From: Macrostomum hystrix
Taxonomy: Eukaryota; Animalia; Platyhelminthes
Direction of reading: 5' to 3'
Assembly (NCBI GenBank): GCA_950097015.1
Contig: CATNEN010000007.1
Coordinates: 9,238,001 to 9,302,000 of the forward strand
DNA: 64,000 nucleotides
In this document: positions 36,975 through 49,265 of the stretch, one piece after another
How positions within the stretch are numbered: the first letter of the stretch is position 1
How the letters are laid out: every line of letters starts with the position of its first letter
Position numbers and translations under genes: made by a program
The notes under the pieces: model-generated
Seen by the model: the letters and a program-made list of their open reading frames with translations, nothing else
The model's database searches: none
What the model was told of the DNA's origin: nothing

Positions 36975-37930
36975 TGTCTATTTAACTTGAATGACAATAC
37001 ATAAGTTAATTGGTTCACAAGCAACTACCCTTAACCGTCACTCCAGTTACTTCGCTTAAAGATGCAAATACAGCGCAATTAACGTTTAGATAAAAAGGAA
37101 ATACATACAGTATAACAATACTATAATTAAAGTAATAAGCGCCGTGCAATATAACAGGAGAGTAATAATTAAATACAATGCAACAATAAGTTGTAACATA
37201 AGGGCACAATAATTTATAACAATAATTAAAAGCGTACTAATTTAAGTACGATACAAAAATACATTACAAATATACGATAAAATTAGGGCCTGCCTCATTA
37301 ATTAACTAAAATATCATTCATTATGTTTATATTTATACTACTGTGTATTTATACAAGTAGATGCTGTAGTCAAGAAGTAGACTTTAGAGTTCTTCATGAC
37401 TTGAAGGTTTGGGTTCAAGTGTTCAATTACTGATTTCACTAAAAAATTGTGTTCTTGAGCAAGAAACAAGCTCTGCATTGGTTCAGTTCACTAAGCTATC
37501 ACCAGCATTAGCTAAATATAAGTTGTGGCTCAAACTGGGGCAGCTATAGTTAATTATAAATATATTCATATTGTTTAGTCCACATAAACAGTAGTGCCTA
37601 AGATGTTTAATAAATATATTCAACTGCTTATAACCTGCAACATTATATAGACATAGATGCAATGTCCTTATGTTGCTAATATTGGGTATTCATAACTTAA
37701 GTAAAGTGAAGCAATATAAACAAGTAGCCACAAAATAGTTGCTTTTTTCAAGCTTATGTAATAACTGATAATATAATTGCAAAAAATGTAATATACTTCT
37801 TGTCCATTCAGTCTTATTATGCATAAATAACAATGAAATTGCAAATCCAAGTATAATATCACTAATTATTTTTCCCTCAGCTGCAGCCTAGCAGCTCATT
37901 TCTCACATAAAAAAGTATCAAAGTTAAGAC

Positions 37931-39026
37931 ATGGGCAGCTTCTGGAGCAGTGCAGGCAGCAGCAGCAGTAATGGACAGCAGCGCATATTGGAAGGCGGCA
38001 TTCCACCCAGCGAGCGCCGTGTCCTGATCGCCCTGGATGGCTCGCCAGGCGCTGAGAAGGCCTTCAACTTCTGGGCGAATGCACCGGGCAGCCAGAATGA
38101 CGAGTTGATTCTGTTCAGCGCACTAGAAGTGCCGAATGTACTCACCGGCCTTCTGCTGTCACCCTCAGGGTGAGTTCAGCGCTTTGCTTTTCGTCGCGAG
38201 TGAATCGACTTCAAATAATTAATTGCATTTGGATTAGACAGTATCGACCATTGGACTGGGTCCAGTGGATAGCAGACCACAGTTGATTTGGTTCGGGGTC
38301 TAATAATAATAAGAATAGTTGCAGGAGGGCTGTGAGCAATGGCACATTGCAGTGCCGCAGCCAACGAAGGGGCAATTCAGCCCATTCCGCTGACTCCTGA
38401 GCACACACACACAGATTCTGTAAGCAGATGCGCACTCATACAGGTGTGTACATCTGCCTTGATTTTCTCATCGTCAGGAAGTGTACAGACAAGCCTTCTC
38501 TCCGCGACTGCGCCCCAAATGAATGTGGCCTCGCCGCGGAATCGAGCTCAGGGACCTTGGTGCGAGAGGCAAACGCGTTAGACCGCTCTGCCACTCACAG
38601 CAGGGGAAACTGTTATAGGAAAATTTCCTGCTGTTACCCTAGATCCATGAAGGCAAAAATGTATTCCTAATGCAAGTGTTTCTACTCTCCATGTCTAATT
38701 TCGGTTTCTCGCTTCATAGAACCTTCGAGTACGAGGAATACGATAGGCAGGCTCGGCTGGTCCGGCAGCGCGCAGAGCAGTTGCAGCAGTCGATGCTGGG
38801 CGAGTGCCGCCGGCGCGGTCTCCGGTGCAAATTCGTCAGCAGCACCGAGTCGATGAGTCCCGGCGCCGCCATTGTTGACGCCGCCAAACGGATGGGTGTG
38901 AATGTTGTTGTGGTCGGTTGCCGTGGTAACAATGGCATACGGCGCACAATCCTGGGCTCAGTTAGCGACTATGTGCTGCAGCACTCGGCCAGACCAATTG
39001 TTGTGGTGCCTACGAAGACCGACTGA
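37931..39026 (+). CDS. Universal stress protein (UspA domain), 2 exons
   Basis: Exons 37931-38169 and 38720-39026 (GG|gtgagt...catag|A, in frame). RRVLIALDGS N-terminal motif and ATP-binding G-2x-G-9x-GS motif (GCRGNNGIRRTILGSVSDYVLQHS..PIVVVP). Confidence 0.93.
38318..38596 (-). mobile_element. tRNA-SINE copy with internal deletions, in the USP intron
   Basis: Homologous to 27240-27593; A-box TGGCAGAGCGG on the minus strand. Confidence 0.85.
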
Positions 39027-40456
39027 AACTGATAACAAATTTTCAGCGCTTCACCTGTGGATCAATCAGTCTTTTTCGTCTGTCAAAAATAAAAGCAGAA
39101 GGCCCTAAGATTAGAATCGGGCTTAACAGCTCCTTTTTAAATGTCGTGTTACCACATTTTAGAGCTGCAGTGTGCGATTAGTGTCTTTAGTATTTGCTGA
39201 TATTCACTAACTATCAGCAATGCAGTAGTGGCATCTACAGCAGCTTCTATGTCTGATTTTGTGTATGCTCATATTATTGTGTGTGCATTATTAATTATGA
39301 AAGCACTTTTATCATATTTAACTAACTTTGCATCGGAGTCTCTTCTAAGAGTAGTATACCGCCGAGATTTTTTTCTAAAATTATCCCCCCTTTTAATTGA
39401 TTTTTCCCAAGAAGCGGATGCTAATCCGAAAACAATCAGCTGAAATATTTACCGAAGATTCTGTCGAACAAGTTTATTTTGCTGTTGTGTAACACCCCTG
39501 GCATGTCGCGTCAACTTCGAGTTTGCTGGCTTCATGACAATTCTTGAGCTATTACACTGTAACATTAGTCAACAGGCAGAGTTTTAATCTGCAACTGATT
39601 TATCTCATATTACTTTGTATATATAATTTGCGACACCATCTGTGACTGCTTTAGTTATTTTTTAACTACTTCATAAAGTGGTACACATTTCATAGCAGTG
39701 CCAGATAACTTTGATGAGCACCAACTGGTATACATTTTTACAGTAAGAACACAACTCTGGATATAAAACTTTCGTGAGGAAACTTTCGTCCCTAGATTTT
39801 ATTGCTTTAAACGTCTAATGAATTGGATCCAGACCAAAATCATTTTAAGATAGTAAGATTCAAAATCATAGTAAAAGGATGGGTCATTAATATCTATTCT
39901 CTCTTAATATAGTCTAATTTATACAATGTATGTCTGCACTGGTCTCAGTGAATTCATGTGCTTTAATTCACTGAAATCAATATTAGCGCAAATAAAGCAC
40001 TAAATTTAAATCACCCGAATATTAACTGACCAAAAATTTTGATTAGTTTAATAAAATTTGATAGGTTTTATTGCTGGCCCAAGCTGCTTTCAAAATCGAT
40101 GCGGCTGATGTGCGGCTAGCTTTTGGTCAGTGAATATTATAGAGAGAAGACGTAGATGGAATCATTTTGGTTAGCGTTATTAGTTTATTTGATTTTATTA
40201 AACAATTAGAAAAATTTGTAGTTATTTGCTTGATTTGCATTTAATGATGTAAGATTTTACTTGCTTTTTTACACAATTTAAAGGGTGCATTTTTGTTTAT
40301 CTTATGAGTGGCTTCGTCGGAACATTTGAACCGATTTTTTCTGACCCTAATTTTTCACATCATTTAAAAAGAACGAGCGACACTACACATTAAGTGCACT
40401 TTAAAATTTGAGTGTCCTGAGTTCAGATTTAATAATTTATAGCATATATATTAATA

Positions 40457-43400
40457 ATGTCACCAACACAAGCTTCCCGTGTCTATGTTATTGGCGTTGG
40501 CATGACGAAGGTAAGTTGAATGTCAGAAATATAAAAGTAAATTTACTGAAACAGTTTCTATATTATGCTGATTACAGGGACTAATATTCAAATGGTTCCG
40601 AACCTGGCAAGGCATGCTAGTTGGTTTAATCAGGCGATGTAGTCGCTGCGATAACATTTTTAATTTTCCTGTTAGCTAGCATTCTGCGGCTGGTAACATG
40701 TTGAGAGTGTTCTTAGTGACTTTAAGGTGAGGCCGAATTGATAAGCAATTTGCAAAGCTTGCATGTTCAATTCATTGACAGCATCTGCCTGGTCGCAAAA
40801 CCTCTGTGGGAAGGGCCATCAAACAGATAGCAAGAATGTTTTCCCTAAGTCAGTAAATGTCATAGTGTTGACAGTGTTTTCTAGCAATACCTGTCCAAAT
40901 AGATCCCCATTTAGAGGATTGAGCAATAAGTGCAATTTGGTCTGACTAGATTTGAAAGGAGATATTTAAAATAGTTAACAATAAACACCAAATCTTCCAA
41001 GAAGGTGATCCATTAAAAAGCCTAGGGATGTGCAAAAGTGGTGCAACTTTGCAACTCCCCTGGTTTAGTAAGCTGGCTGGTTGGGTGCACCAACCCTACC
41101 TCAACTAGACTGAGGTTGATGGGGTTTGGTGCAGCTATACTCACTTTGGCCAGTTGTGTAATGACTGTCCACCACATGGTATTATATTAGTTCTACAGTT
41201 ACATATCTAAAAACTTCTAAGGAAATATATCACTTATATTATATCTGAAAGATATTAGCATCTGATATAGTAAATTATCTAAACCCAATATATATTACAA
41301 TGTTTAAATATCTTTTTGGAATAAATGATTTGTTGTTGTTCTTTTTTCCTAGGTTAAGGCTAAGTCACATTCTAGATAGTATAGCCCTATTAACCAGCTT
41401 TTGATTTGAGAAAATTTCTGATTGCTTATAAAGTTATAGTCTTTTTACCTGTCTACTGTCTCAATTTTTTTATTTGTATAATTTTTAGACCTTTGAATTT
41501 GAATTAAGTCATAGCTAAGCTAAATATATCATTTCTATTTAGTGGCAGTTTGTTAGAGACCCTTATGCCCTTACATACCTAGAAACTAATTCACATATAC
41601 TAATTAGTATTCTATATGCCATTTTTGTATTGATATAAAAATACAATTGCTAATGCAAATTAATTCTCTCAAAAAACAGTAAATAGCTAGTTTCTGTTAA
41701 AGTAGCTATTTTAATTTTAATTATATATTTTCTATCTATAACTGTATCTATTGATTTTATAAAAATTTATTTTGTGGTTTGTGATACCACTGTAATAGTA
41801 TTTGTTTGGAAATTATACAGAGATTTGATTTTATATCTAGCCAGCCATAAATTTTCTCCCACTAACAAGCACCCTAACAGCCTAGAACTGTGTCCACATA
41901 GTGTAGCTTGTAAAGTGTTAGTTCCATTGGAAATATTTTTATTAATGGGTATATATTGTAATGAGCGAATAGGTTCAATTAATGACATCATATTACAGGA
42001 CATTATAAACTATGCGCATTATATGCCACAATTCAGTGCACATTTGTTGTTTTGATTATATGGCTACAATACAGATAACCGATCTGTTCAGAGTCAGTGG
42101 CAGGTCGGTTAACGCAATTCTCTCTCGCACAAAGGTCCCTGAGCTCGATTCCATGGCGAGGCCACATTCAATTGGGGCGCAGCTGCTTAGAGAAGGCTTG
42201 GGGGCTTGTTGTGCAACTTACGCCCTTGAGAGCCAACCTCAAAGGCACAGTAAGAGTGTATACACTGTCTGACGATGAGAAAGTCAGGGCAGATGTACAT
42301 CTGTGTCAGCCTGCATACAGTATCCGTGTGCGTGTGTACTCAGTAGTCAGCGAAATAGGCAGAATTGCCTCCTCGCTGGCTGCGGGTCTAGTGTCACCCA
42401 ATGATGTGCTATTGCCCGCAGCCCTCCTGAAATTATTATTTCTATTGTCTGGCTACAATATACGAGTGTATTCCATTTTAATTTGGCTGTCATTACAGAA
42501 AATAATTGAATTAGAATTGTAAGTGCTTAAATTGTCCATTTAACAGTTTGAGAAGCCCGGCCGGCGGGAGAACTTCGACTATCCGGACATGGCCAAGGAG
42601 GCGGTGGACAAGGCCCTCGGCGACGCTAGGGTGAGCTACGCCTCAGTCCAGCAGGCCGTCTGCGGCTACGTCTACGGCGACAGCACCTGCGGCCAGCGGG
42701 CCCTGTACCAGATCGGCCTGACGGGAATCCCGGTTGTCAATGTCAACAACAACTGTTCCACCGGCTCCACGGCGCTGTTCCTGGCTGCCGAGTTGGTGCG
42801 CGGTGGCCGCGCCGACTGCGTGCTGGCGCTGGGCTTCGAGAAGATGCAGCGCGGATCGCTGGGCCAGACATTCAGCGACCGTGCGTCTCCGCTGGAGCGT
42901 CACGTTGAGGTGGGACTTCAGTGGCAGATTTGATAGGCTTGGAATCTGGTCAGGTTTGCTTGCAAGTTTTTCTGCTTTCTCTGCCCTCTCACCAGGTGCT
43001 CGCCGAGCGTCACGGCCTGGAGGCATCACCGATCGCAGCCCAGATGTTCGGCGCCGCGGGGCGCGAGCACATGCAGCTGTACGGCACCAGGCTGGAGCAC
43101 TTCGCCAAGATCGCAGAGAAGAACCACCGGCACTCCGCCAACAATCCCAACTCGCAGTTCACTGACGTGTACACCGTGCAGGAGATCCTCAGCTCCCAGC
43201 CCATCTACTCACCGCTGACCAAGCTGCAGTGCTGCCCGACCTCCGACGGAGCCGCGGCTGCCGTCATCGCCAGCGAGGAGTTCGTCATTCGGCATGGACT
43301 GCAGGTGAGCTGCGGGAAGACTGGGGGGCTCTAGTACCGACACACCGTGGGCCAAAAAATGGTACCATATATTTGTACTCAACTCTACGGGATCAAACTC

Positions 43401-45035
43401 ATGACTTTTCTTATGACTTGCTGCTCCACCTCACCTGTCCCTCATTAAAATTAATGAAAACAGAATAAATACGATCGTAATATTATAAAAAGCATCCACG
43501 GTGCTTGATCCCCGCCAGCCACAGGCCGTGGAGCTACTGGCCATCGAGATGGCCACCGACCTGCCGTCGGTGTTCGGCGACAAGTCAGCAATCAAGATGG
43601 TCGGCTACGACATGACCAGCCGGGCCGCCCAAGCTGTCTATGCCAAGACCGGCCTGCGACCGGACGACTTCCAGGTGGTCGAGCTGCACGACTGCTTCTC
43701 AGCCAATGAGCTGCTCACCTACGAGGCGCTTGGCCTCTGTGGCCAGGGTGAGTGCTGTCTGTGCTTTTGCTTTGTTTTTTTTTGTTAGAGAACGAGAAGA
43801 AGCCCGATGAGTCTGATGGCAGCCTTGAAGGAGCAGGTAATGGTCAGAGTCTGTCATCCATTGATCCCCCCGCTGCCACACTCGCAGGCAAGGCAGCCGA
43901 GCTGATCGACCGCGGCGACAACACCTACGGCGGCAAGTTTGTTGTGAACCCATCTGGCGGCCTGATCTCCAAGGGCCACCCGCTGGGCGCCACTGGCCTG
44001 GCGCAGTGCGCTGAGCTCTGCTGGCAGCTGCGCGGCATCGCCGGCCCCCGCCAAGTTCCTGGCTGCCGGCGCGCCCTGCAGCACAACATCGGCCTGGGCG
44101 GCGCTGCGGTCGTCGCCGCCTACCAGCTGGGCTTCCCAGAGGCCGCCGCCGCCGCTACTTCTGCCAGCCTGGTCAGCACCTCCGCCGGTGACTCCGGCGA
44201 CGATTTCCAGTGCGCCAAGATCTTCCGCATCATCGGACAGGGCCTGGAGACTGAAGGCGAGCAGATTGTGAAGAAGGTCAACGGTATCTTCGCCTTCAAG
44301 GTCACGGGTGGCCCTGGCGGGCGGGCCGGCCTGTGGCTGGTTGACTGCAAGAACGGCACTGGCAAGGTGGAGTTCAATGGCCAAGGTGAGTCTCAACAGG
44401 CATTCCGGCTGCTCGATCCGCCACTGTTTTTCCTTGACCCAATTTTAAACTGACCCGCAAGTCAGCAAATTTTCCTGAGCAGTAGAAAGACTACGTATTT
44501 CAAATGCCCACATTTTGTCTTTTTTTCTGTATCTTTAAAATATCCAACCAATCGCCAAGAACCGGGCTAAAATTTTCGGCTGTATCCGATGAAACTTCCA
44601 GAATTACAAAACACCGGCATCGTCAAACTATTCAAGGATTCTCGTCGCGGTGTCAGGTGGCAAATCCACCATTATAGGCATAGTTTTTCTGCTCATAAAA
44701 TTTCATCATGTACCAATGTAAAAACCGAAAGTTAGCTCATCGTCCTCATAGTTCATCGAATCGAATTGTTGATCCTCGGATCACCACCTTGACTTAAGTT
44801 CACTATGATCCTCAGGTCAGCTCCTCAGATAATGAGCTCTCATTCCGGGCTTGCAGGCAAGGCGGACGTGACGATCACAATCTCGGACCAGGACCTGGTG
44901 CAGCTGATGCTGGGCAAGCTGAACCCGCAGCAGGCATTTTTCAGTGGCAAGCTCAAGATGCAGGGCAACATGGGCCTGGCCATGAAGCTGCGCGAGTTCC
45001 AGTCGCGAGTCGGCGAGCTCAAAGGCAAATTGTGA
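40457..45035 (+). CDS. SCP2: Sterol carrier protein X (peroxisomal thiolase fused to SCP2 domain), 6 exons
   Basis: Exons 40457-40510, 42547-42909, 42996-43304, 43519-43747, 43888-44385 and 44857-45035, GT-AG and in frame. Motifs [24 protein letters not shown] (catalytic Cys), [40 protein letters not shown], and a C-terminal SCP2 domain ([24 protein letters not shown]). Confidence 0.97.
42091..42440 (+). mobile_element. tRNA-SINE copy, full length, in SCPx intron 1
   Basis: Homologous to 27240-27593 in the opposite orientation. Confidence 0.87.
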
Positions 45036-45865
45036 GCTGCGCCAGCCTCGAATTTTTGTTGTTAGAGATTGCCATGGCAACCATCAGGACAGATTCCCTC
45101 ACAGAAATATTTCCCAACTGAATCCAATGCGCAATTCCATCAATGTCAACTGTGTCCTTCATCGCTAATGATCTGCTGCAGTGTGCTGATCCAGTGCCTG
45201 CTATTCTTGTGACTCATGCACTCAATTCCTGTCATCTACGTTGCTGATTCTGCCCCACCTGCTAGTTGAATGCCTATCAAACTGTACCCTTCTAGTTTTT
45301 TGTTATGTTTCAATTTTCTACTCGAATAGCAAATTCTTTATTGTTTCGTTGAATAAGCGGTAAATTTTTCTCGCTTAGAAATATAAAAGTGTTGCGCCGT
45401 GTGTCCGCTACTATTTGCGCCGGGGCACATCAGGAACGTTTTTAATTATTGATTTCCTAACTGCTGGCTTCTTCACTTTTTATTTTTTATAATTAGCAGT
45501 GAGGCTAGAGCAGCAGATTTGTTCAGTTGCAGCGAAGTGCGGGTGTCCGACTGTGGCACCATTCGATAAGGGAGGGTGCGGCCTTGCGGTTCTGTTTAGC
45601 TTCAGGTTGAACTTTGACCAGCACCTCAGAAGCCTAGCTCAGGTGTTTCTAGATTTTCAGTGCTAGGCTTTTTAGATAAAGCGGTCTGAAAATGAAATTT
45701 CAGTCCTGGCTGACGCCCGCTAGTGCTGCAAGTTCAAAGTACTTGAAATTTTAGTTCTGGCTCATGCAGGGTTTTTCGAGCGTTTCCATCGTTAGCAATT
45801 TGCTCATTTTGCACTACTTACAGTAGACACTAATATTAATTATTTCTTCTCCATCGCCCTCGAAG

Positions 45866-46231
45866 GCCATCCCCAAGTTGTGCATTCGCCACTGCTTCAA
45901 CGGCGGTGTCTGCGTCAGCTGCTCCGGCCAGGACCTCGGGGCCGTCTGCAGTGCTTGCAGCTGCCCGGCGCCATTCCGAGGGCCGCGCTGCGAGGCCCGC
46001 GATGCCGCCCTGCTGGCGGCCGAGTTCGGCCCGGAGCCGGCTGTACATCGAGTTGTGGCCATTGCCGTGCCGTTGCTAGGCCTGTTGCTGCTGCTCCTGG
46101 GCGGCCTGGCCTTCGTCTGGCACCGGCGAGCGCGCCAGCTGGCAGCCGACCAGGTATCTTTCGAGAACTGGATCTTCCACAACAAGGAGGTGAAGGCGGC
46201 CGATCAACCAGCCGGCCAAGCTGAGGCCTGA
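45866..46231 (+). CDS. Small single-pass membrane protein with one EGF-like domain (5' end unresolved)
   Basis: C-x3-CFNGGVC...CSCPAPFRGPRCE EGF signature, TM helix VVAIAVPLLGLLLLLLGGLAFVW, basic stop-transfer HRRAR and a short tail containing SFENWIF. GC-rich coding-like composition. Confidence 0.75.
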   Translation, partial: AIPKLCIRHCFNGGVCVSCSGQDLGAVCSACSCPAPFRGPRCEARDAALLAAEFGPEPAVHRVVAIAVPLLGLLLLLLGGLAFVWHRRARQLAADQVSFENWIFHNKEVKAADQPAGQAEA

Positions 46232-46637
46232 GTCCGTGCCTGGCAGCTCTGAGCTGACCGAAGGCCAAATGCCAATCTACAGTGCGCCATGGACTCGATT
46301 CACGATTGCGAACCTGTAGGTCGATATTAATTAAAAAATTAACAAAGAATCTCATTTCTGTCTGCCTCCGCAATTGGTTATGCACGATGATGAACTAGCA
46401 ATATTTGTTTTCTGATATTTAGCTCGCATGCTTTGAATTCCACGCAGTTTATTTACCGTTACAATCTCCAGTATTTCGAAGCTTTTTTCTCACCCCATTT
46501 TTTGAGTATCATAATTATTTTTTCGCGTACAGATTCTTAAATATATATTTTTTCTTAAATATATCTAGCCTTAAATAGATATCGATACTTAAATCGATTC
46601 GCATTGATTTAAACATAAAGCCATTGTACGTTAGCGG

Positions 46638-46960
46638 CCAAGCTATGGTAGGTCCAGTGGTAGGCGACCAAGCTATGGTAGGTCCAGTGGTAAGCGACCA
46701 AGCTATGGTAGGTCCAGTGGTAAGAGACCAAGCTATGGTAGGTCCAGTGGTAAGCGACCAAGCTATGGTAGGTCCAGTGGTAAGAGACCAAGCTATGGTA
46801 GGTCCAGTGGTAAGCGACCAAGCTATGGTAGGTCCAGTGGTAAGAGACCAAGCTATGGTAGGTCCAGTGGTAGGCGACCAAGCTATGGTAGGTCCAGTGG
46901 TAAGCGACCAAGCTATGGTAGGTCCAGTGGTAGGCGACCAAGCTATGGTAGGTCCAGTGG
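46638..46960. repeat. 30-bp minisatellite (CCAAGCTATGGTAGGTCCAGTGGTAAGCGA)n
   Basis: About 11 head-to-tail units with no spacers. Confidence 0.96.
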
Positions 46961-48644
46961 CTCGGCTTTTGTAACCATTTGGCTTTTGTGGCTTGAATCA
47001 AGTATGCAAAAAAAAATGCCATTATGGTGATTACTTCTTCGATTCGTTTGTCAGCTTCTCTACTCCGTTCATAACCGCTGTAGTTTTTTATCTAGCTGGC
47101 GCAATTTGCATTATGGAATTATCAGCTCTAAATATACTATTTTGATCTTTTCCATGCGGTTCTTGATTTGCTGATTCGATTTACAAATTCTAAAACTCAT
47201 TGAGCCTTTTAGATGATTCTGTTTTGTACCTAATGTGTGTCTCCTTGCCTATCTCGAACTTCCTTACTCCGCAGAGCTAGCACTGAACTAACCGTCTCCA
47301 TGCATTCTTTAGCCAAGCAGTTTCTCGTACACCATGGGTCATGTTCTGCTCACGTGCATTCGGAGTGCCAACTTCAACAGCGCTCGCTGCTCTGGACCAG
47401 CTCGCTGAAAGCTAATTGAAGGGCCGCATCAGCAGATCTATTTCTGTTGCAATATCTATCCTCTTTACATCTTCCTCCTTGACACCCGGCCATTTGATTG
47501 CTCAGCTTCTGAGCAGCTTCTCTTCATCCCAAAAGTGATGGACTGCTGAATCTGCTAGTCGGCCCGCTGGACCGGGGCTTCCCTGGCGGCGGAGTCTTTT
47601 TTCGTCGTCGGATTGCTGAGGTTGCTAGCGAAGCCGCTGAAATGTCTGGCTGCCTTCATTCTGCCGGTTCGGCTTTGCCGTCCAGAGCTCCATGCGGCTT
47701 GGTCCCTCACCCCGCAGTGTTGGAAGCCCTGCTCCAGTGTCCTAATCTGCTCATGAGCGCCACAAATGGCTGGATATTATGATGCATCTGATGCATTTGG
47801 CAAATGACAGGCGCCGATGTTCCGCATGCGCGACCCACCCCCAGCTGAGATCTGTCCGCAAAGTGCACGCCGCAAACTGACAATTTGTTTGAGTGAGTTT
47901 AGCAATAACTGTCGCTCCAGATCTGTCGATCCGAGCTGCTCCATGCTCAGCCAGCTCATAAATTGGCATGAGATCACGAGACTGGGCTAGCCACACAAAC
48001 CCGTTTTGCGCTCGGAGCTTTCCGCTTCGAGTGCGGGCCAGAGATTTTGGCTCAAGAGCGAATCTGAATTGAGTGCGCCTGCCGCAATGGCCGAGAAACC
48101 GCAGACGCTGCGTGGCAGGAGGACAAACAGATTTGAGAAGGAATTAACTGATCTGCAGGTCGAGCCCTGCCTGATTCGGTTGCGATTCGATTCTGGCTGA
48201 TGCCTCAGCCAGGGAGCCGAGCCAGGTGTAAAAGCCAAGATTGCTGGCAGCAATCACACTCCGCGCGTGAGCTCGAATTCGAATTATTAAACTTGAAACT
48301 GACACCCCGGCTGCCCGGTGCCATCCATCGCGGGATTATCGGGATCTGGGAAGCGGACCAGGCGACGGTGGAGGCCCAATCCGGCTTAGTACTGAGCGTG
48401 GACGATGTGGAATACAGGCTTGAACACACAGAGACTCGGCCGGGGAAGCGCCCGCGAGATGACTTGAAGCGACAGCGGGGCAGCTCTTCATCTCCTCCGT
48501 CCACTTCTGGATCTGACATCTCCCATTTGCCCGGCTCGGGGCGTGAGGTGGGCACCCTGAGACCGGAGCTGGCGCTGCTCCCCCCTCCGGAGCCGCCAGC
48601 CGGGCTGGCCAACAGCTGGCGGTAGTGCAAATCGCCCCCAAGAG

Positions 48645-48652
48645 TTATAAAT
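48645..48652 (+). promoter_or_regulatory. Candidate TATA box of the secreted-peptide gene
   Basis: TTATAAAT about 135 bp upstream of a strong donor CAG|GTAAGG (48786) that closes a non-coding first exon. Confidence 0.4.
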
Positions 48653-48873
48653 GCTGCCCCTGGCCTTGCCAAATCATCTCGGCCGCCGACTTTGCTGCTC
48701 ACTCTCGACGCCGCCCGCCATTCAGTACCCGAGTGCTCGCCTCTACAAGTCTCTGCTAAACACCCACTTCGCCGCCACAACTCCAGGTAAGGCCAAGTAC
48801 AATGATGCGCTTTTGAGAATGTCCTTCTAACTGACCTTTGATTCTCTCAATTCGCCACCAATTCAAGGAAGGC

Positions 48874-49265
48874 ATGCCTCAGCCGAAGAGTCCTCCCAGG
48901 CCGGTCCTTAGCCTGGCCATTGTTCTACTGGTCAGTTGCAGCTGCTGCTACTTCCAGGGCGCCTCGGCGCAGGACTCGGAGGTGGATCGAATCTGCGGCC
49001 GTAATCCCTTTATGCAGATGAAACACCTGGCTGAGCAGATTCTGCGCCGGCCAATGTCCGACGGTAGGACCAGAAAATTTTCTGTCGAAATCCTTATTTA
49101 TGAGCGTAGCGCGAAAATAGTCTCCACCGTCGACTTTCCTGGTCAGATGAATTCAACGCGCTGTTCAACCGAGCTCTGAGCGATCCGCACAAGGGACCTC
49201 GGCTGCGCGCCATGGTGGCCAGGTACCAGGACTGCCGCCTGGCCGTGGAGAACGGGCACTTTTGA
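48874..49265 (+). CDS. Orphan small secreted protein (~102-aa precursor), 2 coding exons
   Basis: Exons 48874-49063 and 49147-49265 (G|gtagga...ggtcag|AT, in frame). Signal peptide ending ...FQGASA; mature part QDSEVDRICGRNPFMQMKHLAEQILRRPMSDDEFNALFNRALSDPHKGPRLRAMVARYQDCRLAVENGHF. 5' UTR intron 48787-48867. Confidence 0.7.

Noticed and set aside
46609-47022. HWTYHSLVAY-repeat protein (neuropeptide precursor-like) or CRISPR array
   Set aside because: Pure 30-bp tandem repeat with no dibasic cleavage sites and no spacers.
47237-48640. Several 60-190-aa ORFs
   Set aside because: No recognisable motif or consistent splice structure; an unrecognised exon cannot be excluded.
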